Assembly (NCBI RefSeq): GCF_000150275.1
Contig: NW_002060943.1
Coordinates: 9,828,209-9,892,208 of the forward strand
From: Trichoplax adhaerens
Taxonomy: Eukaryota > Animalia > Placozoa
Direction: 5' to 3'
DNA length: 64,000 nt
Part shown: piece by piece, positions 34,101 to 49,100 of the stretch
How the letters are laid out: every line of letters begins with the position of its first letter
Numbering within the stretch: position 1 is the stretch's first letter
Made by a program: the position numbers and the translations under genes
Notes under the pieces: model-generated
Database searches by the model: none
Told to the model about the DNA's origin: nothing
The model's input: the letters and a program-made list of their open reading frames with translations, nothing else

Positions 34101-37100
34101 TTCTGATGATACTGCTGACACTGAAAATCTGAAACTAAATAATGATAATTTTATAACTAGCAAGTTTCCTTTGGATTTTGAGGTTAGAAAGTTGGCTATT
34201 ATATATGCCTTAATGAATAATTAATTATTGACTATTCATATATAATATAATTTGAGTATTGCATTCGTTGTCGAACTACATATTATTACTAAATGTTACC
34301 GGCTTATATTTGCAATCCAATTATGAGCATATCTATAGTAATGTCAAATATCACCTTATCAAGTATAACTGAAATAGGCTTAAGAGTAAAAATGAATTTT
34401 GTCAAATCAGCATGAATGAAGATATAATAATATAACCGTATTAGTTCTGTAGCCAAATGTTAAGTAGACTACATAATTAATAGTTTACGATCTGATAGCC
34501 AAAAAAAGACGACTCTGAAGACTCAGAAATTCGCGGTAAAGAATCTAGAAAGTTGATTTCCAGTCATAACGCTGAACAACAAAGCATGGTAAACTGTGAC
34601 TTACAATATCCATTCCTAAGTAGTCTACACATTTTCCTATTTAAATAGCAATTTACTACTTTATAGTCAATTTATAGCGAAATTTCTATTACATTTCATG
34701 ACTTATTTTACATTTACTAATATTCACATGTGATCAATATCGCAGTTCAAAGAATATGAATACAGAATTATTAGCCTTGAACGAAATTTACTATTTAGTA
34801 ACGAATGCTATACGGAAAGGTTTTATAATAGAATATTCTTATTGATCTACATTTGATGCGTTCAATCCTACAGTGTATTTGCAAACGTATTATGTACTTA
34901 CAAGTTATTTATGTTTTGAAAATCGGTAAAGTGTTCAAAGTTTTATAGATATCGAAAATTCATTGCGAGCATTAAGGGAACACTTCAAAAACTTGATACC
35001 TGAAAAAGTTTTCAATGACATGGTAACAGTAGATTTTAGTTACAATTGTGGGATTACAGTATAGCTATAGTAGTGGCCGATTAATTATTTAATAACGGGA
35101 ACTATGATTTCGTTTGTTACGTGCAAATAGTTCCTACACTTATGGTTTTCTTTCCTCTAAAACGGTAAACAGGATCCAAATATTGCCCACAACGTGTTGC
35201 AGAATTCGGAAGTTGCAACAGAACAAACGAAAGTAGAGGTTTGTGACGTTATAACGCGAAGTCTGTTACCGAGTGCCAAGGCTCAAATTTTAAATGAATC
35301 GATACCGGTATACCCATTATATATCATTATTAATGCCGTAAAATTTTTAATTTCAATTCGAACTCTTACTAGCGAATTCCCTTGGAATTTGCAGCTGAGA
35401 AAGCAATCCACACAAGTGAAGATGCAACAGAAAAGGACAAGCTGCAAATTTTGTAAGACCAATGTTCTTCAGTACTTAACTAGCAATTTTTTTCCGTATA
35501 CTGTAATAATCTGACGTTGTATCGGCAGGAAATCACACATCACGAATTCCAAAAACTTGGTATCTAGCCTAAAAGAAAATATTTCATATTTAGAATCTGA
35601 ACGGAGCGAAGCTTTCGTTAGTAATCCATCTCTAAACAATATCTCCTACTCTTATAAATTTTAATATTTCAGCGCTATAATATAAGCTATATGTACAGTA
35701 CAATAAACAAAACTATAGAGGCTATTATTTTTATTCAAGGCTAATCGAAAGACTGCGACATTAATCGATGACTTGAATAACGAAAAGGTACTGGATTGCC
35801 TATTGATGATCACCATATGTCCAATAGTCTTATCAACTGGCAACTAAATATATTTACTCCAATATCATATAGGCTACTCTTTGTTCGCAAGTTGATCACT
35901 TAAGAAGCGAAATGGAAGGTTACACTGTGAAAATTACAAAAATGATGAATACCGTGAAGGAACAGTTAGAAAATGTAGATCTAATTTAATCCAAAAAAAT
36001 TATTGTATCTTGATTAGTAGCATGTAAAGTTTAGAATATTTATTGTACGTTTAGCGTGAAGATGAAATTACTGCCCAGAAAGTAGCAAACGATGAGTTGC
36101 AGCAGAGGTTGAGTGATCTAAATATCGCGTATGAAGATAAAAATGAGTACTGTAGGAAATTGGAGTCTGACTTAAATACTAAGGTATCAGATTTTTAGGA
36201 ATAAATTTGTATCATCATTAAAATCCTTTCGGAAATAGTCTATTGCCAGTTATTTAACGATGATAACATAGACACATTACTCAGTTGTGTTTCCTTTTCG
36301 ATATTATACTGTGCACTGTGCCAGAATTCCGCTTTAGTAATGCTGCAACAGGAGACACAGATCAAAATAAGACAATACCAAGACCAAATTGATGAAAATT
36401 CAACGGAATTACGAACTTTACAAGATCAGAAACTTAATGTAATGGCAATAAGTAGCATCTTCATAATGAAAAGTTTTGAGGGTCCATGATTAATCGGAAC
36501 CAATAGTATTAATGCTACGTAGGTTATTTACTGTAGATCGCGTGTTGCAGAAAATGTTTTACGGACGTGCATTAATTTTGCTCCTAATTGATACTTATTG
36601 CTTATCTTATACTAGCTTAAAATGGAAATGGAAGAGTTGCTTCATTCGTTAGCTAAGTCTAGCGATGAGCAAGAACAAATAAAAAAGGAGCTTGTTAGTT
36701 TTAAGAACGAAATTACACGAAAGGTATGTTAAATCGTAATAGATTACATGTGACTTAGACGTGGACTTCAACAACTGTTGAATATAAAGTTAACGATGTG
36801 GTGGGTTTTTTGGATGATTTTCAATGTAATATACTTCCAGGATCTTATAATAAAGAGTTTAGATACGAAAGCGAACCTAGAGGAAGATTATAAATGCTCT
36901 GCTGAAGAATTAAAGAACCAGTTACAATCTACTGTTTTAGATCTAGAGATGCAGCTAAAAATTTCGGATAGCAAGGAAAGGGAGGTTTGTATTTTTATAT
37001 TATCTCGCCGTAAGATATCATGAACCTCGACTCAATACTTAGCAGTACACTCTTTTCGGAATTAAAATTCCATGCTAATATTAGATCATTCTGCTAGTTA

Positions 37101-40100
37101 TCAGAGCTGCTCCTTAATTCTCAAACGAAACAAAACGAATTATCTAAAAACCTCTTAGTAGCTGAAACTAAACTAAAGGATTTGACTGATAAATGCAACC
37201 GTTTAGCGGTCGAAAATGAGTTGAAGGTACTTTACATCTTATGTCTGATGTTTGTGTATGTTGTAGTCGGAGTCCATTACGTAAGCTGCATAGTGTGAAA
37301 ATTATGATATGGCTCATTTTATTCGTATATATTAAGATAATCTAGCTGTAAATTTTCTTTTAATTTATGGCTTTGTGCAGATTAGGTTCCTTTCGTTTGA
37401 CGACAATGTAAAAAATAGTAAAAGATAATCAGCTAAAGTTTCATTTTAGCTAAAATTCTTATTATTTTCTTCTTGTCTAAGTGATACGGTTACGTTATTC
37501 AATTTCTATGTTGCCATCGCTAAAGTGTGTTGACACAATTGGAACGCACATTTGTGTTCTATTATCGATTATATAATTTCATTATTTAATTCTCTTAGAC
37601 GAAAGCATTTGAATCGTTAGCACCATTATAATGCACTGCACTGTGTATTATTATTTTGACAGCTATACATGACTTATGGCCGACCTTTCAACAGGCGTAG
37701 CTGTATGATGTATATATACGTTTTTACGTACATTCTACAGTTTATGCAGCAGTCAATACTATGGTTAGGGTTTCTTTCAGAATAGCCAATTCTGCACCAG
37801 TAATTTCGCTCTTAATTTTATTTTCAGATTCTTTATCGTTGATTATATGAGAAATATATATAGTTACTGTCATCAATGAGCCATATGTTAATAGTTCTTC
37901 AGTTTTAACGTATCGTAGACCGTAAGACGACCTTAATATCGAATCTCTTCGTTTTAATGTTAAGAAAAAATGCGGCTCGTATATTCTTTTAGGTACGATA
38001 TTCAAATTGCAGAAACAGTACTTTATTGCATATGCATATCAGTACTAAACATTACAGTAAATATTGAATGATACAAGCATTACGCAAATGCGGTATACAA
38101 CATAGGTATAGTAAACTGATAAATTTATAATACCATACAATTGTTGCACAGTATTAGTCGATCTCTCGATCGTTATACTTCGCGTGCTATACTGTACCAA
38201 GTGTGCTTATACCTTTTACTTTATCTGTTATCACTGACTCACTGCACTTAAAACCACTATGCCAATTTAAATACTATTTTTACTCTCCAGTCGTTATTGT
38301 TGCATTCATGTTGTAAATAATAACCACAGTTTATGTCGTAATAATAGATTATTTCTTATGTTCCTTACTTGTTATCGATAAAATTTCTTAAATCATAGAC
38401 TAATTCGTTACAAACGGCGCAATCGCAAATATCGAATCTAGAAGTCAACGAAAAATCATATCAAAACACGATCCTTGGGAAAGATAAGGATTTGCAATTA
38501 CAACATGATGAAATGCTGAAGGTAGCAAAAAGTTGAAATTTTTGACCTGATTTAGTTAACAATTTTGAGAATAATCATTATTTCAGTAGAATTAGCTTTG
38601 CTATCATGTCACGAATTAGAAATTATTAAACTGTTGTCATGACTAGAATGGTGCATGTGAGTCCTTACTGCATAGTAGTTTAAGTTGACTTAAAGCGATA
38701 TCATTGACATCCGTCGCTATTTTAATTAAAACTATTTATTGTAGCTCAAATAGATAAAAAATTTCTTACATATTACATGATAGTAATTTATTGTAGTTGA
38801 AGTTGGAAATTTACGATACCAGCGTTAATTTTAATGGAGTAGATAAAAATGGAATATGATGAAAAAATATCAATGGAGGTCGAAAAACGAAGAAATGAAT
38901 TGTTATTACTTGAGCAGCGCCTGAGCTCTACCCATTTCGAGCTTGAACAAAAGGTACCTTAAATAGTTTTCTTTATTATCTGTTAGCCCATTGATACAAT
39001 TTTGTATTCTAATTAATTTCCTTCTATAAAGTGTACAGAACTTAACGACATGACTGCTGCACTTGCCGCTGTGACTCTAGAAAAAGATTCTTTAACTAAT
39101 AGAATGGAGACTATCCAAGAGGTAAGAAACTCGTGAGTTCTTTCACTTTACTATGTTTGCTAAAAGTAGTAGTAAATGACAGCACTATACTTATAACAAT
39201 AATAAGAGTACAGTATTTGCTCCACGCTTAAGGATGTCTATATGATTTTGATCATTTTATATTTGCCAAAAGAATTATAGTAGCTTAAAATCTGAGCTAG
39301 CATTAATTACTAATGAATATGCAAAAAAAGAGGTGAGACTGCTTCCATTACTTATTAACGTAATTCCAATGTTATCTCGAAGTATATCATTATACTGTAT
39401 ATACGGTAAACATTGGTAACCATATTAATTTAGGAAAAACTGCTTAAGAAAGTGCAATATAATGACGAGCAACACGCATGCGTAGAACGTGAATTAAGTT
39501 CCAAGTTACAGGACGTGATTCAGAAATGCGAAAAATTAGAGGTAAAGTATGTCTTAATTTAAGAGGATTATTCTATTACATATAATATCCACGATTATAT
39601 CATTACATGCGAATACTTAGTCGAATTCTTGATTCTCTTATATGAAATTATACATTACAGAATTCCTACAATGAGGAGCTTCAGAATCGTCAGAGATTTT
39701 TATCCAAGGTCTGTGCACTTTTTTACAGTGTGCATTATAATTAATTAATTAATAAACATTTAAGTGAGAATTCAGCTTAGTTACATTTTTATTACTTACA
39801 TTTGGAATAAATATTGCAACTTTACTCCACTGTGAAATGGCCCTTTAAATATATTAACTGACCAACGTCGTATAAGCATTTAATAAAATGCCTTGTGGAT
39901 GCCACGAGTTATTACATCTCAACAATATACAATTATTTTCAGATTTCTTCATTAGAGCATGATCTAGTCATCTGTAAGCAATCTCTGCAAGACTTAAAAG
40001 AGGTTTGTATGCTTAATGTATATATTAGATTTAAATAGATGAGAATAGCAGACGTAAGATACAATGATTAATATAAATGCTGCTTTTTATGATCTGATCA

Positions 40101-43100
40101 CATCTACTAGTTGTCACAACTGAAGCAAGATGAAATTGATACTTTAAAACTGCGTATGCAGGATGTGGTGTGTAAAGTATCGAAAGTAATTTAAAATTTT
40201 AGTAAAATACATAATTCAAAACGGCATTTCGATTTACCGTACGCGTATAGATATCTTCGGAGAGGAAATCGAATAATCTAATGGAAGAACGCAATACTGA
40301 AATAGAATCTCTACGTGCCATGTTTAAAAATTCCGAAAACTCCTTGACAGTGCTGCAAGTATGATTCATCAGATGCTTCTTTACTGAAAGGATTCTATTT
40401 ACGATCTTAAAATATACTATACAGTTTACACTTAGATTTCAATGTTATATTATGGTATGATTGCTAAAGTCGCAACGTTTTGAATTAGGAGAAATATGAA
40501 TGTGCACTTCAGCGTGAAGAGCTATTGCAACGAAACGTGAGGATCCTAGATTACTTTTTGTCTTCAATTCCGATAGTATTAATCATTTTCGACTGTGCAC
40601 TACAACTACTGTCGCTGTAAATTTTCTTTTAGATTACAGAATGTTCAGACGAAATTGGGAATCTGGAAAGTCGCCTAAATTCTGATGCAACAGTAAGACC
40701 GTTTTCTTATTTGCATTGTTACGATAATTTCATCTCATATAATTATGAACATATTTGTTACTCAAATTAAATCGATAGCCCAAACAGCTCTAGTTATTTT
40801 ACTTTATTACCACCTTCCAGAAACATCAACAAGAGATTCGTTCTTTAGAAAAGAGCCTCATTGCAGTCCAGCAAAAAATGGCCAATGAAGTAAATTTATA
40901 TATATGTGTATACATAGCATTTTATAGTTCACTTTCATGTGCATAAATATTGATCAAAGCAATATAACAATATATTTTACTTATTTAATGCATAGATCCT
41001 TCAAGCTAACGATAAAAATAAGGTTGTAAAATATTTGATTCATGAGAATATGTTATTATCTACTAAGGAATCAGCTCTGACTGAGACATGCATACTTGTG
41101 ATCTATTACATTTTTTAACATATTTCGTGGCTTTTATTGATCACTCTTCATAGGAGTTGATACAGCATATAAATTCAATGCAAAGCAATTATGATGATTT
41201 GGAAGCTGATCTTAAAAGTGCCGAAAATGATTGTATTGTTAGTTCAGATTAACGGTAGAATTTTTGTATTGTATTTGTAATGAATGCATAGTTTTTCAAA
41301 TTTCTTTTTAAAATTAAATTTTAGACTAAAGAAAACCAGTGTAAGGTCTTGCAAGAAAACTTTCGTATAATCAGTGACAAATATGAGGTACAACTTTTTA
41401 TTGCACGCCGATCCATATTATAAGGATTCTAGCATACAGTGTGACACTGCGAGACAATTTTACACAACCAATTAGACGAAGATATTGAATTAAGCCAGTA
41501 GTTAGTGAACTAAAAATAAGTATATTTTTTGAATACTAAAAAAATTCTAGTCATCACAAAAGGCGTTAACATGTGTTGAAGAAGAGTATCATTTATTGAA
41601 GGAAGATGCCAGTAAGAATCATTATCAAATAGATCTTACAATTAAGGAAATTGGAAAGGTAGATCAAATATCACGAGATACTTACTCGCATTTCTCAACT
41701 TAAAACAGCCATTTTCGTTGCAATGTATTCGTTTACTTTGCTATTCACTTTAATAATTAGTTAGAAGCGATCTCAGACCAGCAATCTAAAGACAGAAATC
41801 AAGCAATACAAGAACAGCAACTAATTTTGCAGACTATTCATACTCAGAATGTATTACATAGTCATTTCCATACACTTTAATTGGATATCTTTTTGAAGTT
41901 TTCATTTATCTGACATTATCTTTCTTCATAGATACGTTTGAAGAAATTAATCCAAGATGCAGACTTCGTAAATAACATGAAGCTATTAATGTAACTGAAA
42001 AATTACCATTTTCTGATTTATACCAGTGTGATCATATTCAAAGAACTAATCTTTGATGTCATTTACAAAGCGAAGAAAAAAAGAAAGAGCTAGCTACACT
42101 TTCACAAATCCAACATAAATTAAAGGTTTATAATAATTGGAACATTATAACAATAATAGCCACATTCTAATTTTTCAGATAGTTCTTAACTAGCTTTCTA
42201 CTACGCCTATTCTTAAAGGAACAGGAACTTGTGAATGACAGAAGAATGAATAATCTCTACATTGAAAGTAATGTTGATAATAAACTCGAAACTATTCGAC
42301 AGCGATTTGACGAGGTATATATATGTATATATCTTAATCTAGCTTACATATCATTATATCTCTTAGCATAATCTATACAATTTCTATGATTTATTCTATG
42401 ATAATTCAGGAACAGCATGCTCAAAAACAGTTTGAGTTGTTGATACTGGACACTAGAATACGTTATGAAGAGCTGATATTACTTTTCCAAGAAAAACTGG
42501 TGAGAATGTCATATGCTCCCGCGGATAGCAAATTAGTAATAATCGAAATTCATTTGTTACAATTTTAAACTGCTGTTTTTCTGATCGACAGGTCGAAAAT
42601 AAAAGTTATTCAGAAAAGAGAATTAAGTTGATAGAATCTGAGTATGAAACACAGATTGACTCCGCAAATCGAAAATTAGTTGATCTAGGTACAGTTTTAT
42701 CTAAGGATAACAAAGAAATAGAAGAAAAAGAGCGGCATATTAACGGATTGCGTGGTGAACTTGCAGGTACAATTTAAATATAATAGCGGACCTGATTGAT
42801 CTCTGTATTAATGCAGTTGTTCGAAAGATGGTGTGTGAAATACGATTACAACTTTCCACGTCTTCACATTCGTATTATTATAGTTCTGGAGGCAACTTTA
42901 CAAAATTCTCAGGACCAACAACGCATCCTTTCTGAAAGGTATATAGAATGAATCATAGCATTTGTTTACACTCCTGGTATTGATATTTTACGAGTAAACT
43001 ATTGAAACCTGGTACAGTACATTATAATGCAGTTATCGTGTTCTTTATGCTTTCACAGATGTATTGCGAATGATGATGAGATTCAGCTATTGCGAAAAAA

Positions 43101-43729
43101 GGCTGGAGAATTGAAGGAAAAATTAGATGAAGCTGAATCTGCTATGGTTGAATTAAGTCGAGTGAATCAATCTTTGCAGGTATAGGATAATCTCAGCATG
43201 ATCAGATCAGTATTTGCTTGTGTAAATTTTTTAAGATTAATAAAAGCTGAATGGAGTGGCTTCATAATGTCTATTACCATTAGGTTACTCATATCAGAAA
43301 TCAAAGCAGACGTTGGACTCCCGATAAGGATGCTCTTGAATGCAGTAACTGTAGTCGTCAATTTTCCGTCGTTATACGTAGGGTAAGAAGATAATCAGTT
43401 ATAATGCAATTTATTTTTTAATGTATTTCATTATGGCTAAGCTTAAATCTGCTTAACCCTAACGTGATATTTTTCAACATAAATCTGCCGCAGCATCATT
43501 GCCGAAAGTGTGGGTACGGTATATTTTGATATACTTGAACTTTAATAATAAGGATAGATTATACATGTTGACATCTCCGTATCGATCTTTATTTATGAAG
43601 TAATTCGGTCTATTAATTAATTGTAGAGAGGTTTTCTGTGCTGAATGTTCTGCAAAACAAGCTAGCACACCATTTTCGCGGAAGCCTGTTCGTGTGTGCG
43701 ATGCGTGCTATAAGGATTTAACGGGATAG
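31162..43729 (+). CDS. EEA1: Early endosome antigen 1 (N-terminal C2H2 zinc finger, long coiled coil, C-terminal FYVE); more than 35 short exons
   Basis: MFHRFRKKREFEQ / ... GFICPQCMSSHADAGALEAHYQQEH (about 31700-31775); E/K/L/Q-rich heptad exons; ELSRVNQSLQ / RRWTPDKDALECSNCSRQFSVVIRR / HHCRKCG / EVFCAECSAKQASTPFSRKPVRVCDACYKDLTG*. This closely parallels the EEA1 C-terminus. Internal exon phasing at 34180-35600 is not fully resolved. Confidence 0.9.
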
Positions 43730-46198
43730 CAACAGCGGATATTTTACGTTTAGGCGAGTTTTTTACAGTACTGTGAAACTTTATCTACAATAATACATGC
43801 AGTGCCTTGTGGCGTAAGATAATCTGTCGATATTAATTCTGTAGCATCTGTAGGTATAGCAGTTATAGCGGCTTACGAAATATAGTAACTGTTAGTAAGT
43901 TCATACTCATGTAATAAATTGGACGATGTTATTTTATAGTTATTGTACTTTAAAAATGTTTTGCAATCTCATCTATCAAATTCTATCAATTTGATCTTTC
44001 TTGGCTTACAACAATTCCAGTTATAATTTTGTAGGATTATTGCTTACATATTACATTTCTATTACTTAAAAAAAAATTTATTTTTGTGTCACGTACACTA
44101 AATTTTAGACTAGTCGTATGTTTTTTAGATTAATTTATTTAAGCCAGACGTAAGCTGATCGTACTGATTAGAAAAAAACGTGAGTTACTAATTCTTTGTA
44201 TATTTTTTTAGCAGATTAAGATAATAAATTTTACTAGCTTCTATGTGGTGTAATAAAATATATTGTATCCTATAATAACATTATTATTCAATAACTTTTC
44301 CACTTTATATACTATTACAATAAATTTGTTAGATGTCCTTCAGTGTCTTCTCGTATCAAACTATTCCTGCTTCAACAGCAACCAGCTCTGTTAAGCTATT
44401 AAATATCGAAAAGTGTGATTTACTGTACCGAATTAGAATCGTTTATTATATTAATTCAGTCTCATTCCTGCAACCGGTTTAATATTCAATGTTACCTACT
44501 CAATATACCGTCTTATCGAGCTTCTATCACATTCGTTATAGCATCTACAGTCTGGTATTTAAGAGTGTAAGCATATACTGTATTTATACATGTACACAGG
44601 CTCTTATTGTAGAAGGAAAAGAGGATAATGTTCACTAGTGAAGTCCATTGGATATTCCGCCAGTCATAGCGTTTTCACAGTTTTGGGCGCAGTTCGATGA
44701 ATAATCAATGACCAGGGTGACATTATACTGATTCACCGAAATTATATCATCAGACAAATCGCATCATTATATTTATACCAAACAAGTCATAGTTGCAAAC
44801 GCAGTTTACTGTGGTGGTACTTGTATAAATTAATAAATTAATAGACTGCATAAAACCCCTCAGGGACTACTCCATGAAAACTCTCCCCACGCCCCCCCCC
44901 CAGTCTCTGATAAAACATACAGTACACTAAAGTTATACCTTATACAACCCATCTACCATCATTGTATCAGTATAGCGGATGATAAATACGTAAATGATTT
45001 TTGAACTAGAAACGTGTCAATATTTTAAAAGTTAGTTTTCAATCTTGCCAAAACTATCACTACTACGTTAGTCAACTTTTTGTATGATAGTAAATTGAAT
45101 ACTGAACGTCTACTTTATTTAAAATTTCATGAATCATGCTTGAATCACACTTAAAATGTAACGATATACTACACCTTCACGTACTTTAGAATAGTTTGCA
45201 TGATTTGTTTTTATAGAAAATAGTGACATAATTATTTTAGTTATTATCCTCTGTGAACTGTAATATAGTAGTCCAGCGACTATATAAGGGATGACGCACC
45301 TTTAATGACTTACGTGAAGAATATGTTAACAGGCGGGCATGGGAATACAGAAGAATGCTGTTTGCGACGGATTAGAGCTGATAGTAGCACAATAATATAA
45401 ATCATTAAATGTAGTACTATATATAATACGTTAATTTAATTGCAAACTCTACTACAACACATCACATTTCTAAGGTGGTATGATAAGCATTTTTATTTTC
45501 CGTTCATTCACCGTGATGGCTTCACGCCTCCACAATTAGTTACAAATGAGTCCACTCTCTTATTGTAGAAACTCAATCCATTCCACTAACATTAGTGGAA
45601 TCAAACTAATTTTTATTCCAGTCATGGTAACATACAAATTGAGTACGTGGATACTTAACTGCCATACAAATAACGTTAATGGTAACGATCCGCTAGTTAC
45701 ATAACGGGTTATACTGTATATAGAACTACAGTAGTAATTATGGAAACTCAATTGCAATTATTATTAGAAATCCTTAAAATTACGTAATCAGTGAATCTTT
45801 TATTACTATTCAATAAAATGTCATTATTCGTAGACTGTACGCTAAATCATCGCTAAATTAGAGTATAGTATAATATTTTACAGTATATAACTAGATATAC
45901 ATGTATATTGGAGTACTATTAATCAATCTATTAACAATTTAGATCTCAAGTATGACCTTGAATCACAACTAGCATTGCTTTTGCAGTAGTATATTTACTA
46001 AAGACTAGCATGTACACTATACAATCTTTACATCAATCGATCAGATATACGTGCATGATGTTCGTATGAGTGTAGAACGAATATTCCAACATAACATTGT
46101 AGTAATTAACACTCTCTATATAGTTATCTTAGAAAGTCAATAAGTTTTCTTAGAAACATAAATACTACTAACACATTTCCTTTCGGTTGAAATAAAGT

Positions 46199-49100
46199 TT
46201 AGTCCCTTGCTAAATGCCTTAAGTAAGCAGCATTTATAGTCTCCAAGAATTTATCGTCATTCTATATATATGTATTTAACATACAAATATAACGCAAAAA
46301 GTTAAAGCGTAAGGCTGCATCTTAACATAGAGCAAACTGCAAGTAATAACTTCAGAGAGTAATTTAAAATTACCTGTAGCAAATCGATCAAAGTATTCTT
46401 AAGTTGTTCCTTAGTCAAGACGATACCACTAGAGAAATTCTGAGTGGGAGGTGTAGCTGCATCCGATAAGGTCTCAGAGGGAACAGAAGACCGCTGAAAA
46501 ACCATTGGCGACATAAGCAAGGATGGATAATTAATCCCTTCCGTGGCTGCGTCGCTCTGATACGGTAAAAATATACATTCAATATAGACAGTAATAGCTA
46601 CAACTGTCAAACAAATGATCCTGAAAAACTACGTATCAATACTGGCAGGTAAACCGTGTAATGTATGCATGCCATTGTTATACTCCTAGTAACGCTAACC
46701 TCTTCATTTCTATCACCTTCAGCTACTGCTAAGTCTTCTGAGCCAGGACTATTTTTTTTATCTATTATAAAGCCAATTACATCACTTAATATCGATCTAC
46801 ATAAGTCAATATATGAATTAAAATTTCGAAAATTTGCAACGCAGAAATTTCAAAATTAGATAACGCCACTGTGCTTAACAAGATAACTAAAGAACAAGTA
46901 GTCTATTCAAATGGAAGAAGCATTAACCAGCATGAATCTACATGAGAATGAAGTCTTTCGTAACAAAAAGTTTTTCCACTATTTTTGTTACTACTTTAAT
47001 ATAACACTGCGATAGTAGGTATACTGCTCTTTTTATCAGTATTTACTAAAATTGTAATCCGTAAATAGTGCATGCAGTATTGGTTAGCCTACCTTCTGTT
47101 AAATGTGCAATTGCTTCAAACGTTAACCCATCATTATTATACTCGATATGTGAACACAGATCGTTAACTATCTCTCCAGATTTCGGCGATAACAATTTAT
47201 TGTAGTCCGACTTACAGACCATCTGATTTAAGTTAGCAGGAACTGTACTACTTCTAAATCGCTGGTTACTCGGCATAGAGGTTATTGAGTCCTTAAAGGC
47301 CACCGTATCTCTAGAACACATACTATCCATTTCTGTGTCGCCTGTCTCAGAATTAGTTTGGATCAAGGACTGACTCCCATGCCTCTTAAATAACCTTGAT
47401 AAAGGCGACTGTTCAGGAATGGTCACTGGTTCTGATTTCAGCATCTGTGGAATTGATTTTCTGACTACAGAGGCTTTCTTGATTGCAGGATCCGAAAGAT
47501 CAGATTGTTTCTTAAAATTCGTAACACCCATATGAAAACCAAAATGTTAATTACAGAAATGAGTACTTAGGCAAACAATAAGCATGATTTTAAGCAGCAT
47601 TATTGTGCTATAGATTAGTTCTTTATGATAAATATACATTGCTGAATGTTTACAGCAGATAGCCGGTATAGCAATAACTCCTTCCAGAGACAAAAGTGAA
47701 ATATCACGAATATGCTATTATAACTTAATCAAGCCATAATGCTTGATTGTAAGTGTAGAGTAAAACTAAGCTGCTACCGTAAATCAATACGTCATATACT
47801 GTACATATTAGATTTAACCTTCGATTCTTGTGATTCCTTTGTACTTCTGTCAGGTTGCTGTAACTCAAAGTACTTTCCATTTGCTTTAATTCTGTAATGG
47901 AAAAACAATCAAAAGTTGGATCCTTATATTGGTAAATTTCAGACATCAAAGTTATTATGTTAGGAAATTAGTCACTCAAGTGCTGAATTAATTAACCCTA
48001 CACGGTAAGGAGACATATATTTGTAATCTGGCATTTTAATGAATAGCTTGTAACGATAAATAGCCACTCACTCAATAACCTTAATTTAATACAAGATTTC
48101 CGTAATGAACTTACCGCTACTTAACTCAACGCGATAATTTTAACATAAAAAATGATTAAGATTAATTTCTGCATATGATGCGAGAAATTTATTATGAATA
48201 TTGGTATATATGTAAAAAATCAATTACCCTTGAAGCAATAACATTACATATGCCTCTTAGTAATTTTTATGTTAATATAAAAGGGGTTAAGAAATAGTGC
48301 TTTAAACAGTAATTAGTTTGACCATTAATTTTTTCTAAGGATATAAAACGTATGTAAGAACTACCAAATAGGAACTAAATGAGAATGTTATAAGATGTTC
48401 TATTACTTCTATATTTGATTCGAAGTAATTAACTTTTAGAAATACCACAGAAATAGAAAATATATTAAAAAAATATATATTTTACTTTGTAATCATACAT
48501 TAACCGCTGTCTGATCGAAAAAATATTGCAGATACTTATTGCAAATAATTGGCTGGACAAGTGCTTACAAGGGTAGTATTAATGCAGAATAAGCAAGTAA
48601 ATTGATATTATTAACGTAAGTAATTTACTCACGTGGTGGAAATTTTCCAAATCTGTTCACAGTCAGCTCCATTGCTGAACCAAAGGGCAAATATTGCTAC
48701 TAAAAATAAGATTAAATGCAAAATGTAGGTTTAATTATACAATTCGAACGTCAAATGTACAATATGATTTTAGGGAGACGCATCATAAGTTATTCATTTA
48801 TCTTGTTTAAGAATTATATCTTGCAAATTAGCACTGTTGTGTGTAATAAAGGTGGATTATGAACTTACGTAGCTATTAAAGTGATACAGTACATCTCATT
48901 TAGTACAGTACTTATATTATCTGTAGCTCGCCAAATAGAATATAAACAAAATCACAGGAACTACTAAGTAAATGACGTTGTAGCATTGTTTTACAACACT
49001 TATTCCTTTTATTAACAGGCAATACACAACATTTATTTCTCTGTACACGTAAAGTGATACAGTTTACAAGCAGCCTGCTTATTTAGAGTTTGTTAATATA

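Noticed and set aside
22840-43729. Rab7 and EEA1 proximity as a functional endosomal cluster
   Set aside because: They are separated by two unrelated genes, and EEA1 is a Rab5 effector; ancient linkage or chance explains it.
44630-44765. Short minus-strand open frame CDLSDDIISVNQYNVTLVIDYSSNCAQNC...
   Set aside because: No start codon or convincing splice sites, no partner exons and no recognisable family.
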